A stretch of DNA of 63,530 nt, the filler included, from Octopus bimaculoides (lineage: Eukaryota): NCBI RefSeq assembly GCF_001194135.2. It is 6 parts of 5 records of this genome, joined end to end, with 100 filler letters (N's around TTAATTAATTAA, not from the genome) between each part and the next. Parts side by side here need not be neighbours in the genome. Positions count along the whole stretch, not along the records: positions 29,679 to 36,146 come from NC_069003.1; positions 36,247 to 61,670 come from NC_068985.1; 4 more parts are not named here. One strand, 5' to 3'. The translations under genes and the position numbers were made by a program. The notes under the pieces were generated by a model that saw only the letters and a program-made list of their open reading frames with translations, did no database searches and had not been told where the DNA came from. Below are positions 34,101 to 47,974 of this stretch, one piece after another (the stretch's first letter is position 1; every line of letters begins with the position of its first letter).

Positions 34101-34949
34101 ACCAAAGCGCATATATATGCGTGTGTATATATATATATATATATTTCAATACGGAGCAAATAATTCACGGAAAAATGATTTGCGAAGATGTTAACTGATA
34201 ACAGGGTGTAGTTGTGACTAATTTAGGATTGGTTATTGTCAGATACGGTTACTGTTGTAACGAAGTATAGTCCACGTGTGCTTTGCGCTAAGTCCTTTGT
34301 AAAAGGACATTTGGTGAAATAAATTACAAAAGACTAAGAAGTCTTGCTACAGATACTTATGGTCGGTTCTGCAACTCATCGTTGGTCCTCGTGTGCTTTA
34401 AAAAATATTTCTACTGCGATTTAAGCTATGGCTGACCAGAATTTTTAACTGGTTTAGCTTTCTCGCAAACACTATGCAACGGTGGCGACGAGATTCTTTC
34501 CATAGAACCGCCTGTTTGTCATTCCTTATTCTGTCGGTAGTAAAGATATAAAGAGCGACAGAAAGTGCTCTATATGTAGAAAGAGAAGTTAATCTACGAT
34601 TAACTAGGACCTTATCCACGGGGATATTTATCTCTATTAGTATCTTTTAGTCTATTAGTATCTCTTAGTCAATACATCTCATTCACTCACCCGCTCACCA
34701 AAAAGAAGTTTGGTCGTATTTTCTTTAGGAGTCTTGTGATAGGATTAACATCCCGTAATAGGATTATTTAAATCGATATGATTAACACAAAGCATTTGTT
34801 GGATTAAATATCCAGTTCAAGTTTACTAATCTGAGATCTGTAGGAACCAATATCCTGGTTTTCTATATCTGTATTAACAAGAGATAAACTACCAAACCTC
34901 TTAGAGCCGAATCAGAAATGCGGGTTCGATTCTTCTTTTATCTTTTATT

Positions 34950-35180
34950 TTTTGCTTGTTTCAGTCATTTGACTGCGGATATTTTATTTTTTAAGCTTAA
35001 TACTTATTCTATCGGTCACTTAGGCCGAAACGCTACGTTACGAGGACGTAAACACTGCACCACGGGTTGTCAAGCGGTGATGGTGGACAAACACATACAC
35101 AGAGACACAGATACACATAGATATATACATATATTTATACGACGGGCACCTTTCATTTTCCGTCTACCAAATTCTTCGCC
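34950..35180 (-). mobile_element. SINE family A
   Basis: Tail, linker and part of the body in reverse orientation. Confidence 0.8.
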
Positions 35181-36146
35181 TTGATTGAAGAAATTTTGCT
35201 ATCTTGTGGTTGGTAAAATTTGCTCAGTTAAAATGGTCGAAAATAATTTGTATTTGTTTTCTCCTTCATGTAATTGTGTTAATTTCTGTTTTGTCTTTGA
35301 AGGGTAGAGAAGGAGTTTCTTTAAGAAGAATCTAACTTGAATTCGATGTAAACGGAAGTAAAAGTAATTCTTTTTTGAAACGGTGGCTCCCGAAGATGTT
35401 TAGTTACAGCTTTATCAGCTTCGATAGCTACCGTACCATAAAAGAATTATTTCCTGTTTACTCGAAGTTCGTAAATTCTTATGACGTCAACAACTAAAAA
35501 AAACCCTCCAGAAATATAAGAATATAAAAGATTATATCCCAAACCGTTAGATGTTATGGTCCTTTGATACAACAACAACAACAATAATAATAATGATATT
35601 AATAATAGACAATAAGAAGAGCTTGATACGATTTGTAATAGATTATTTATTTAACGGTTTGAACAGTATTTCGACAGATCGTCTGTCTTCTTCAAGTTCA
35701 AAATGTAAAATAAAGACAACTGCAGAAACAGAAATTCAAAATATAAACGAGGAAATCCTGCGTTCCTATTTTGATAGAATGACATCATCAGTTTTCAGTT
35801 TTGTAGCTGGTAAAAGGAGAAAGAAAGAAAAAAAGAAAATTTATTGGCAGAGGTATGACGTTACGCAAAATAGCAGTAGTTCGGCAGAAGTTGCCGAATA
35901 TTTTATATCAAACGGTTGCAATTTTGAGGAACACCTGAAAGCACTCTTCTTATTGGTCTATCTACCTTCGTGAAGGGTTACGTCAATATTTATAAAATAT
36001 AATAATACCACGACCAACACCATCGCATACCCCGCTAGGCGCCTTTAATGGTGTCGACTTCTACATACATTCAAACCAAGTCACTAGGTTGAAGATAACA
36101 TTCTCCCTGCTTTCAATGATTCAAAAAGGCCTCGATAAGATATAAA

Positions 36147-36246
36147 NNNNNNNNNNNNNNNNNNNNNNNNNNNNNNNNNNNNNNNNNNNNTTAATTAATT
36201 AANNNNNNNNNNNNNNNNNNNNNNNNNNNNNNNNNNNNNNNNNNNN
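36147..36246. other. Artificial scaffold spacer N44-TTAATTAATTAA-N44
   Basis: Same 100-nt structure. Confidence 0.95.
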
Positions 36247-36278
<32 letters not shown>

Positions 36279-36719
36279 GCACACACACACACACATTTAG
36301 TATATGTATTATACATCTAAATACATACACATAAAGAGACACATGAATAAATTATAAATTAACCTCTAAAATGTCCTTATAAAACAACATTTAACATGAT
36401 ACATGTGTAAAGAACAAATATTTTACATTGTTAAATAACAATGAAGTCATTGATGGATAACAAAACCACACATCTCTTCCCTTGCAAAGAAAGGGAAACG
36501 CTTCATGTGAATAAATGGTAGCATGCTTATCCCATAAGAAAGAGATATGTGGTTCAATTCCTTGTTAGCTAGTTGATTGTTTTATTTTTCAACAAATGTA
36601 TGTATAATGTTCAATAAACCATTGACCATGGAGAAAACACATTAAATCATAGACAGATACACACAAACAACACACACTCACACGTGGTTGTGAAGTGAGC
36701 TTATTACACAAATAGCTAT

Positions 36720-37084
36720 GACTGTGTCTAACATATCAATATCTCTATCTTTCTCTCTGTCTATCTGTCTGTATCTCTGTCTGTATGTTTATCTGTCTAT
36801 CTGCCTCTCTATCTATTTGTCTGTCTATCAAAGTATCTATTTATGTCTGTCTGTCAGTCTATCTGCTGTCTGTCTGCCAATCTATCTATCTGTCTATCTG
36901 TCTGAGTCTGCCTATTTATCTCTCCGTTTGTCTATTTATCTGTCTATCTCTCTCTCAGTCTATTTACCTGCCCGTCTGTCTATCTGTCTATCTGTCTGCC
37001 TATCTATCTATCTATCTATCTGTCAGTCTATTTATCTGTCATGCTATATTTCTATGTATCTATCTGTCTGTCCGTCTCTCCCCC

Positions 37085-37118
<34 letters not shown>

Positions 37119-37170
37119 GTATATGTGTGTGTATGCATACATACATACATACATACACACATACACATGT
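36720..37170. repeat. Degenerate (TCTA/TCTG)n satellite-like tract
   Basis: Direct reading; source of the LSIY/LSVC ORFs. Confidence 0.92.
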
Positions 37171-38349
37171 GCACATATGCATATATGTATTCTCATACAC
37201 AACTAGTCATTTAGGCTAGTGCACAGGANNNNNNNNNNNNNNNNNNNNNNNNNNNNNNNNNNNNNNNNNNNNNNNNNNNNNNNNNNNNNNNNNNNNNNNN
37301 NNNNNNNNNNNNNNNNNNNNNNNNNNNNNNNNNNNNNNNNNNNNNNNNNNNNNNNNNNNNNNNNNNNNNNNNNNNNNNNNNNNNNNNNNNNNNNNNNNNN
37401 NNNNNNNNNNNNNNNNNNNNNNNNNNNNNNNNNNNNNNNNNNNNNNNNNNNNNNNNNNNNNNNNNNNNNNNNNNNNNNNNNNNNNNNNNNNNNNNNNNNN
37501 NNNNNNNNNNNNNNNNNNNNNNNNNNNNNNNNNNNNNNNNNNNNNNNNNNNNNNNNNNNNNNNNNNNNNNNNNNNNNNNNNNNNNNNNNNNNNNNNNNNN
37601 NNNNNNNNNNNNNNNNNNNNNNNNNNNNNNNNNNNNNNNNNNNNNNNNNNNNNNNNNNNNNNNNNNNNNNNNNNNNNNNNNNNNNNNNNNNNNNNNNNNN
37701 NNNNNNNNNNNNNNNNNNNNNNNNNNNNNNNNNNNNNNNNNNNNNNNNNNNNNNNNNNNNNNNNNNNNNNNNNNNNNNNNNNNNNNNNNNNNNNNNNNNN
37801 NNNNNNNNNNNNNNNNNNNNNNNNNNNNNNNNNNNNNNNNNNNNNNNNNNNNNNNNNNNNNNNNNNNNNNNNNNNNNNNNNNNNNNNNNNNNNNNNNNNN
37901 NNNNNNNNNNNNNNNNNNNNNNNNNNNNNNNNNNNNNNNNNNNNNNNNNNNNNNNNNNNNNNNNNNNNNNNNNNNNNNNNNNNNNNNNNNNNNNNNNNNN
38001 NNNNNNNNNNNNNNNNNNNNNNNNNNNNNNNNNNNNNNNNNNNNNNNNNNNNNNNNNNNNNNNNNNNNNNNNNNNNNNNNNNNNNNNNNNNNNNNNNNNN
38101 NNNNNNNNNNNNNNNNNNNNNNNNNNNNNNNNNNNNNNNNNNNNNNNNNNNNNNNNNNNNNNNNNNNNNNNNNNNNNNNNNNNNNNNNNNNNNNNNNNNN
38201 NNNNNNNCCTAATTCTTTTCAATTTCAATTCCCCACCACTACCAACCCTCCTCCCCTCCCCCACCGGCACACACTTTCCTTTGCTTTCCTCATTTATGCT
38301 TACTTTCACTTTCCTTTTTGATTCTCACTCTCTCTCACTTTCCTTCTCA

Positions 38350-38380
<31 letters not shown>

Positions 38381-38755
38381 CTTTTCATTTTGAAACCAAG
38401 TTTTAACCATCACTCACTGGCTCACTCCCTGTATACCTCACACTCACTCATTTTTCCTCCCCACTCCCCCTCTCTTTCTCTCTCTCACTCTCTCTCTCTC
38501 TCTCAGTCCCTCTCCTTCTCTCTTTCTCTCTTTTTCTTATTCTATTTTTAATTTTATTCTGCTTCACTTTTATTCATGTTAGTTGTGTACATAGTGTTTT
38601 TTACTCCATTATGTTATGTCTGGCATGAATCATAGACTTAGCACATTACACAGCCCTTTCTATGTATGCATGCAATTGTACACTAAACGCATGCACACAC
38701 ATAGACATACATGCATATATACACATAAATTTACATAAATAAAATCATGTATGTA

Positions 38756-38799
<44 letters not shown>

Positions 38800-38989
38800 C
38801 TGATTGGTTATACAGACTCAAACCAATAAGGAGTATCTTAACTTAACCCTCTGTACGTCACTGGCATTGCTTTTCAGGACCTAAGTTCTCTATATTTACA
38901 CTTACAGACTAGTATTTCATGACAGCACTAACTTGTGTAGGAAGCATTGTGATTATGCTATTCATGGTCTGAGCTGTGGTGTCTGTATT

Positions 38990-39342
38990 AAATGCATGCA
39001 TGTATGTATGTATGTATGTATGCATGTATGTATGCATGTATGTATGCATGTGTGTTAGTTTGTATATGTATGTACGTATGTGTGATTGAAATATATGTGT
39101 CTTATTATCTCTACCCTCCTGTCCCCATATATATATTTAGGGATGTGGGAAAGAGGGGTAATAATTTTAATTATATTGTGATCAACACCCTATGTGTATA
39201 TGTATATACATATATACATACATGTATGTATATGTTTCTAATTACATATGCATATATATGCATGTATATGCACATGTATGCATGTGTGTACATGTATGTC
39301 TGTGTTTATATATATGCATATATATGAATTTACACATCTATG

Positions 39343-39375
<33 letters not shown>

Positions 39376-39414
39376 GTGTGCGTGTATGTGTGTATGTATA
39401 TATATGTGTATACA

Positions 39415-39458
<44 letters not shown>

Positions 39459-39803
39459 TGTGTATGTGTAAATATATATATACATACACACACAAGCACT
39501 TATATATATCTATATCTATTTATCTCTATATATATATACACTTATACACCAATTCGTATATACACACACACACATATATACACAGCAGCATACTTATACA
39601 CATACATGTGTCCAGTTATATATATATATATGTATCCGTATAGTTATACATACATGTGTGTATGTATATATATATATATATGTGTGTATGTATGTGTATA
39701 TATATATGTATGTATATGTATGTATATGTATGTACATATATATATGAGTATATATATATGTATGTATATATATGTGTATATATATATGTNNNNNNNNNNT
39801 ATA

Positions 39804-39854
<51 letters not shown>

Positions 39855-39910
39855 ATATATATATACATATATATGCATGCATATATGTATGTATGTATGT
39901 ATGTATGTAT
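38990..39910. repeat. (TA)/(TG)/(TATG) compound microsatellite field
   Basis: Direct reading. Confidence 0.95.
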
Positions 39911-40534
39911 AAGTGCTTAATAGAAAAGAGTCCAACAAGAAGCTTTACAATATATCTCTATTCAAATCTTTCTGATTTACCTTTCTTTCCCCCAGGGACT
40001 ATAATATAAGTAGTCAAATGCTGGAGCTTAGTCAAAAGAATTATTTATATTTATGTGCCCCTATGCATGTGTGTGTGTGTGTGTGTGTGTGCATGTGTGT
40101 GTGTGTGCATGCGTGTGCATGCGTACGCGCGCACGCGAGTGTGTGTGTGTAGAAATTGAAAGAAAATGAGATTCTGTAAGTGGAAATTATATTGAAAATA
40201 CATAAGAAAGATGTGCTGAAATTTTTATGATAAAACTTTATGTATGAAATGTAATTTTTATGTAATGGCACTTGCGCGCACCCACACTGACATAAACACA
40301 CACACACTCACATGAACACACACACACTCACATAAACACACACACATATGCATGTATTAAGTGAGTGAACGATTTTCATTATTACCATAACTGACTAGGT
40401 TTTCTGTGGTAAACTATGTTAATTGGGATTAGGGAGAAATATGCATACTAACACCTGCACTGAGAATATACGTACATACATACATTTATACATCCATCCA
40501 TCCATCCATCCATCCATCCATCCTTCCAGCCATC

Positions 40535-40572
<38 letters not shown>

Positions 40573-41313
40573 NNNNNNNNNNNNNNNNNNNNNNNNNNNN
40601 NNNNNNNNNNNNNNNNNNNNNNNNNNNNNNNNNNNNNNNNNNNNNNNNNNNNNNNNNNNNNNNNNNNNNNNNNNNNNNNNNNNNNNNNNNNNNNNNNNNN
40701 NNNNNNNNNNNNNNNNNNNNNNNNNNNNNNNNNNNNNNNNNNNNNNNNNNNNNNNNNNNNNNNNNNNNNNNNNNNNNNNNNNNNNNNNNNNNNNNNNNNN
40801 NNNNNNNNNNNNNNNNNNNNNNNNNNNNNNNNNNNNNNNNNNNNNNNNNNNNNNNNNNNNNNNNNNNNNNNNNNNNNNNNNNNNNNNNNNNNNNNNNNNN
40901 NNNNNNNNNNNNNNNNNNNNNNNNNNNNNNNNNNNNNNNNNNNNNNNNNNNNNNNNNNNNNNNNNNNNNNNNNNNNNNNNNNNNNNNNNNNNNNNNNNNN
41001 NNNNNNNNNNNNNNTATATATATATATATATATGACATTGAGTGCTTACAAGTTATCTACCAGTATTTATTAATCTCCTTTACTTGTTATTATATATATA
41101 TAACATATACATGGTTGCACCTAAATATAGTAATAAGTTTTTGCACTCTTCTTGTGAGTATATTTGTGTATATGTGTTTGTATCTGCTAATATATGAAAT
41201 ATGTCTATATTTAGATATTAATGAATTTTGGAACAAGTGTAGAAGTACCCTCTTCACCAGGAATGGGAATTGTGTGTGTGTGTGTGTATACATGTGTGTA
41301 TGTACAAATATAC

Positions 41314-41378
<65 letters not shown>

Positions 41379-41428
41379 TATATTTGTGTGTGCATATATA
41401 TGTGTGTGCACATGTGCGTGTATATATA

Positions 41429-41460
<32 letters not shown>

Positions 41461-41596
41461 CTGTCTGTGTATATAGATATGTGCATATTACAATATATAT
41501 ATATTTCTGTGTGTATATACATGTATGTATAGATATGTGTATATATAATATGTGTGTGTGTGTGTGTCTGCATATATTTATACATATATACACATG

Positions 41597-41694
41597 GAGC
41601 TTGGTGCAGCCTTCTGGCTCGCCAGTCCTCAGTCAAACCCTCCAACCCATGCCAGCATGGAAAGTGGACGTTAAACGATGACGATGATGATGAT
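41597..41694 (+). mobile_element. Family D retroposon 3' end with (GAT)n tail
   Basis: ggtgcagcc...ccagtcctcagtcaaa...ccaacccatgccagcatggaaag.ggacgttaaacgatgatg, shared with 56789-57109. Confidence 0.8.
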
Positions 41695-41928
41695 ATATAT
41701 ACAACTGAATGTGTTAGTATCTATGAGTATGGCAGTGCATAAATATATAATGCATGTTGCTTTATATATATCTTTGTATTTCTGGACATGTCTCAATAGA
41801 TATATGTGCAGAAATTTATATGATCTGTATACGTTGAATGTACACTCATAAAGGTGTTTCGTTTCTATAACTACTTCCATTTCTATCCGTGCCTTTGTCC
41901 ATCACATGAATGTCATTCTAAATATATA

Positions 41929-42148
41929 TGAGTAGATACTGAAAAGTTCCTGGCTTTAGGGGTATTGCGAAAGGCCTAGTTTGTGGCACAGCCCAAACTT
42001 CCAAGTTCTTTTACAGGGCTTAGAAAACTAAAGGATCACTGTAATAAGTGTGAGAATTTGAGAGGGTAACATGTTGGATAAAATCATAATTAACTGATCT
42101 TGTTGCATTTTCTTTTACCCAAAGCCAGAAACTTTTCAGTACCCCCTC

Positions 42149-42149
<1 letters not shown>
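41929..42149 (+). mobile_element. Mariner-derived MITE retaining the transposase C-terminus
   Basis: TIR gtactgaaaagttcctggcttt / aaagccagaaacttttcagtac; internal H-CNKCENLRG*HVG resembles the mariner RWxKCxxxxGxYVE end. Confidence 0.85.
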
Positions 42150-42225
<76 letters not shown>

Positions 42226-42490
42226 GTTTTCATGAATATGTATAAACACATGTTTATATGTCTCTGTGATCTGATGTTAATGTTTTCTCTTATAGCAATA
42301 CATTTCATAAATAGTCTATAAGCCCATTGTATGTGTGTATACTTAAATGTATATACACATGGAGATATGCTTGATAAAGATCCATATAATTTGTGTGTGT
42401 GTGTGTATGTTAATGTCTGTGAGCCTATATGATTTTCTGTACCTCTCTGTATATGTTTAAGTTTATATGCAATTATATCTTACACATTAC

Positions 42491-42729
42491 TGGTTTTTGA
42501 CATATGTCGAAAAGTGATAATGCAAAGCTTGGAGTAATGCTGTTGTGTGTAGTTAATAACTTTAACACACACTCACACACACAGAGATACATATACACAC
42601 ACACGTGCGTGTGCACGCACGTGTGTGTGTATGTTTGTTTGTTTGTTTTGTATTCACTTGTTTCGGACTTGCCCTCCATTGAGATTTTGTTTCCAATAAG
42701 GGTTAAACTTGTTCAAGGAATGTGGGATT
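42491..42729 (-). CDS. Candidate two-exon coding unit (42729-42658 and 42539-42491)
   Basis: AG/GT-bounded, phase-compatible across a 118-nt intron: IPHSLNKFNPYWKQNLNGGQVRN-N-ITPSFALSLFDICQKP. No homology recognised. Confidence 0.25.
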
Positions 42730-44056
42730 CTATTGTTGAAAGTGGTTTTGTTGCAAATATGTATATAATTATACATGTATATATAAGTGTGTGTGTGTGT
42801 GTGTGTGTGTGTGCATGTGTGTATATAATATGTATATGTATATTTGTAATATACGTAATATAAATGTATGTATATATGTAATATACATAAGTGTATATAC
42901 AGACACATGCACGTAGAGATGTGTATGTGTGTGTTTGTGTACATATATGATGGTATATTTATATACATATATACATACACACATATATTTATATGTATAC
43001 ACACACATATATATAGGTACACACAAAAATATATGTGTGTGTGTGTGTGTGATCGAGAGACTCTGTTATATAAATGCTGTGTGCTACTTAAACCAAATCA
43101 GAGTGCTTAGCAAAGAATAGGAACTCAGAGTGATCCCTTGTTGACTGCAGTGTGACAGCATAGGGAGTCTAGTCAAGTCTAGTCTAGTCTGGACTGTTAC
43201 TATACTTCTGTCTGCCTATCCGTTGCTGTGACTGATGGCTGCTGCTTTATTCACAAAACTTCCCAGTTCATATTTTGTTCCATGGACTTGCCCTGAAATG
43301 TGAAAGAGGTAGGTAGGGGAGTGGTTGGGAGCTGGGGGTAAGGGGGAGGGTTTGNNNNNNNNNNNNNNNNNNNNNNNNNNNNNNNNNNNNNNNNNNNNNN
43401 NNNNNNNNNNNNNNNNNNNNNNNNNNNNNNNNNNNNNNNNNNNNNNNNNNNNNNNNNNNNNNNNNNNNNNNNNNNNNNNNNNNNNNNNNNNNNNNNNNNN
43501 NNNNNNNNNNNNNNNNNNNNNNNNNNNNNNNNNNNNATAAAGAGAAACGAAAAAATAAGAAATAACAAAAGCAGTAAAGGGGCCAGTAGGAGATGATGGT
43601 GCTGCTGATGGTGGTGGTGGTAGGTAGAGGAGATTGTAAATGTGCACAGATGGCAGCATTTGTGATGAGGGATCAGAGATGGCTGATGTAGAGATGGTGC
43701 TGGTAGTAGTGATGGTGGTGGTGGTGGCAGTGGCGGTGGTGGTGGTTATAGAAGTTTTGTTGTTTTTATTTCTTTAGTTTTAGATCCTCACTGAACTGAT
43801 AAGGTACACCAAAGGCATTCCAGTCATGACCATCCAACTATTTTTTATTCAGGTATAGTTAGTTAGTGTACTTCGAACAAAAACATGTTCAATCCAATGT
43901 GATAAGTATCTAAAATGCTAAAAAGTGCAATTTGTCAAAACTTTGGTTGCCTACTATTTCTAGCACTTTAAGTGGCTATCTAGAGGCAGCTTCTTTGGCT
44001 GTCATAATAATAATAATTAAATAATGAAGTAAAGAAATTTTAGTGGTAGCTGATGT

Positions 44057-44089
<33 letters not shown>

Positions 44090-44094
44090 CAACT

Positions 44095-44497
44095 GGGTGC
44101 TGCAAAGTTTCTGGATTTAAGGGCATCACGAAAGGCTTGACTGGAGGCTCCCAACCTTCTGAATTTTTTCACAGGGTTTAGAAAAACCAAAGGACCACTG
44201 CAATAAGTGTGTGAATCTGAGAGGGGAATATGTTGAATAAAATCATCATTAACTGATTCTCCTGTATTTTCTGTTACCCAAAGGGGTGCTGGAAAGTTCC
44301 TGGCTTTAAGGGTATTGCAAAAGGCTTACCTGGAAATGCAACCTTCCAAGTTCTTTTACAAGGCTCAGAAAAACTGAAGGACTGCTGCAATAAGTGTGTG
44401 AATCTGAGAGGGGAATATGTCGAATAAAATCATAATTAACTGACCCTCCTGTATTTTCTTTTACCCAAAGGCAGGAACCTTTCAGCACCTCTTCATA
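44095..44497 (+). mobile_element. Tandem dimer of the mariner-derived MITE
   Basis: Two ~200-nt units, each encoding CNKCVNLRGEYVE*. The first unit's right TIR is cut off where the second unit's left TIR starts (~44283). Confidence 0.85.
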
Positions 44498-44644
44498 GTT
44501 GTGGAGTTGCTTGGAGTTAATAACATGCTAATTATTGCAGTTGTTGTTGTTTTTAAGACCCATATCAGCTCTAATTCAACCGACCTATAATCAAAGGTGT
44601 TCTTAGTCTGACCATTTTGGCTTTGCTTTCTATTTTTCCCCTAG

Positions 44645-45025
44645 GGGTAGGCATGGCTGCATGGTCAAAAAGTTTGCTTCCCAGCCATGCGGTTTTCAGT
44701 TCAGTCCCACCACACAGCACCTGGAGCAAGGGGTTTCTACTATGGCCCCAGGTTGATCAAAAATCTTGAGAGTAGATTTGGTTGACATGTATATATATAT
44801 ATATTTGTGTGGGTGTGTGTGTGTGTGTTTCCCCCCACTACCCTTCAACATTTGGTGTTGGTTTGTTTACATTCCTCTAACTAAGCAGTCCAGCAAAGAG
44901 ATCATTAGAACAGGTACTAAGCTTAAAAACTAAGTACTGGAGTCAGTTTGTTCAACTGACCCCAGCTCTTTAAGGCTATGCCCAGCATGGCCACTGTCCA
45001 GTGACTAAAACAAGTAAAAGATAAG
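44645..45025 (+). mobile_element. SINE family A, CpG-decayed
   Basis: Head, body, linker and tail recognisable, with CG changed to TG/CA. Confidence 0.75.
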
Positions 45026-45424
45026 AGATAATATATCTAGGACTACATTTTCCCATTTATCATTTTCTTTTAAATAATAAGGCATAACTTGAGGGGCATT
45101 TAGTTGCTATTTTTAACAGGGCAAGCAACCATATACAGATACCTTCATTGCTGTTCATCCTCGGTCAATCTTAATAGATTGATTGATTAAGATCTTTAAT
45201 CAAAAGCAATCCAGTCATGACTATCCTGTATTTTTGTAGGGGGTATCAGGACTGCTTCATCCAAAGTTTTGTGAGAGATTTTGCTGCCATTTCTAGCAAG
45301 TTGAAAGACAACATAGCCTTCTACATTAACTTGCCATCATGTAGTCTGAGAGTTTGGAAAGTTAAAACTTTTGTGCTTTTCTCAAAAGGCATATGGTAGC
45401 AGCATCCTATGAAACAGTAATCGT

Positions 45425-45683
45425 TTATTCTTTATTCCTTTACTTGTTTCAGTCATTTCACTGTGGTCATGCTGGAGCACCACTTTAAAGGGTTTTAGTT
45501 GAACAAATCAACTCCAGAATTTTTTTTTGAAACCTAGCACTTATTTTATCGGTCTTTTTGTTGGACTATTTATTAAGTTACAGGGATATAAACACACCAA
45601 TACCAATTGTCAAGTAGTGATGGTGGGGGAGACAAACAAAGACACAACAACACACACACATAGATATACACACACACACACAT

Positions 45684-45746
<63 letters not shown>

Positions 45747-45870
45747 GGAGGTAAAGGATACGTACACCACCCATTTTCAGCGTTATCTTAACCCTAAACT
45801 TAACCGTAACCCTAAACCTAACCCAACCCTAACGACCAAAAATTGGTGGTGTGCATATTCTTTACCTTTG

Positions 45871-45908
<38 letters not shown>

Positions 45909-46090
45909 TAGATAGATAGATAGATAGATGACAGGCTTCTTTCAGTTTCCATCTACCAAATCTACTTACAAGGATTTGCTTGGCCTAAGGCTATAGTAGA
46001 AGAGACTTGCCCAAAGTGCCAGGCAGTGCAACTGAAACCGGAACTAGGTGTTTGGAAAGCAAGCCTCTTAATACACAGCCATGACTGCAT
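45425..46090 (-). mobile_element. SINE family A with a MITE inserted in its (TA)n linker
   Basis: Tail and 3' half at 45425-45650; body and head at 45930-46090. Confidence 0.8.
45743..45873. mobile_element. 131-bp MITE with telomere-like internal repeats
   Basis: ~35-nt imperfect TIRs (tggcggaggtaaaggatacgtacaccacccattt versus tagcaaaggtaaagaatatgcacaccaccaattt) around AACCCT/AACCT variants; embedded in (TA)n. Confidence 0.8.
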
Positions 46091-46225
46091 CTTTAATTTT
46101 TTTTTTGAAATTTTACTGAGAGAAGCTACTACTAGCAGAAGTAGTGATGACGACCGCAGGCAGCTGTAGCAGCTGTATTGGTTGTTGTTATAGTATCGAT
46201 GGTAGTGTTGATAGTGTTATTGTTT

Positions 46226-46257
<32 letters not shown>

Positions 46258-46881
46258 GATGGTGGTGGTGGTGCGGTGATAGTATTAATAAAAGTATTAT
46301 TTATAATAATAGTGCCTCCTAATTATCAACATTATAAAAAACAAACTTGTGTCGATGCTAAACTTCATTTAGTACAAGTTGTAATAATAGTCGACTGTAT
46401 GTATAATAACAGTAGGGAAGCTGCTTGATAGAACAATAGATGCTGTTTATATAGCCCCGAGTCAGTGTTAACTGGGTTGATGAACAGGCCTTTCATAAAA
46501 CAGATTTCAAATACAACCACCACTCTCCATTTTCAAACATAGTGTATCCAGAACAACTTGCTTTCTTTCACTCTCTCTCTCTCTTTCTCACTCTCATAAT
46601 TGTGTGTGTGTGCGTGGGATGGGTGGATGTCATAACAATTTTAGAAACTTCAAGGGAATGCGAAATAATTCATTTTCAACTGTAGGACTCGAAGTAGATA
46701 AAGCTATAAATAATACTATTTACTTCAAGATTTACAATTACAACCAAATTATAGACATGTGTACATGTGTGTGTATATGTATGTATGTATGTATATATGT
46801 ATGTATGTATGTATGCATGTATACATGTGTGTGTGTATGAGTATATGCTTGTGTCTATGTGTATGTAAATATGTGTGTGCA

Positions 46882-46920
<39 letters not shown>

Positions 46921-46939
46921 GTGTGTGTGTGTGTGTGTT

Positions 46940-47240
46940 TTCAATCTTTGGATTGCAGATGTACTGAAGCACCACCTCGAAGGATTTTAATCAAGCAAAT
47001 CAACCCAGTACTAATTTTTTCAAAGACTGGTATTTATTCTATTGATCACTTTTGCCAATCCACTAAGTTATAGGGATGCAAACAAACATAACAACGGATA
47101 CATAAATATATACACATTGATATGTAATGGGCTTCTTTCAGTTTCCGTCTACGAAATTCACTCAAAAGGCTTTGGTACTGAACCTGGAGCCAGGTGGTTA
47201 AGAAGCAATGTTTTCAATCACACAGCCATGCCTGTGCCTA
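46940..47240 (-). mobile_element. SINE family A, CpG-decayed
   Basis: Reverse-complement match to the family. Confidence 0.75.
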
Positions 47241-47317
47241 TATGTGTAAATATATATATGTGTGTATGTGTGTGTGTGTGTGTGTTTGTATGTATATGTA
47301 TACATGCACATACATAC

Positions 47318-47383
<66 letters not shown>

Positions 47384-47389
47384 TGGTAG

Positions 47390-47718
47390 TGAAGGCTCAT
47401 GGCTTAGTGGTTAGAGTGTCAGGCCCACAATCATGAGGTAGTGAGATCAATTCTTTGACCAGACTGTGTGTTATGTTCTTGAGCAAGACACTTAATTTCA
47501 TGTTGTTCCAGTTCACTCAGCTGCAGAAATGAGTTGCGACGTCCCTGGAGCCAAGCCTTTGCCTTTCCCTTAGATAACATCGGTGGTGTGGAGAGGAGAG
47601 GCTGATATGCATGGGCAACTGTTGGTCTTCAATAAACAACATTACCTAGACTTGTGCCTCAGAGAGGCATTTTTGTAGGTGAAATCCCATGGTCATTCAT
47701 GACTGGAAGGGTTCTTAA
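47390..47718 (+). mobile_element. CORE-type SINE with an RTE-like 3' tail
   Basis: tRNA-like head tggcttagtggttagagtg, CORE-like gttcttgagcaagacacttaatttc, tail cttgtgcctcagag...atcccatggtcattcatgac. Confidence 0.65.
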
Positions 47719-47974
47719 AATATAGTTGTGGATTTTAACCAACAAATGTGCAAGTAAGAATTCTAGTGAACCACGAATTTACAAGGAAAGACATGGGTAG
47801 TTCTTAGGAATGAAAGGCAAGATGGACTGGTCTGAGTGAAATTTGAAGAACCATGTCAAGATTGACTTTTCAATCATCATAATGAACCAATCCTACAATA
47901 AAATGTACATTATGGAAGAAATAATAATAATAATGATGAGGGGATAAGCAACCACAATAATAATGGTTTCAAAT

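Noticed and set aside
35551-35973. 140-aa ORF with splice-like sites on both strands
   Set aside because: Low-complexity start and no domain; the polypyrimidine tract is the reverse of an A-rich run; strand cannot be decided.
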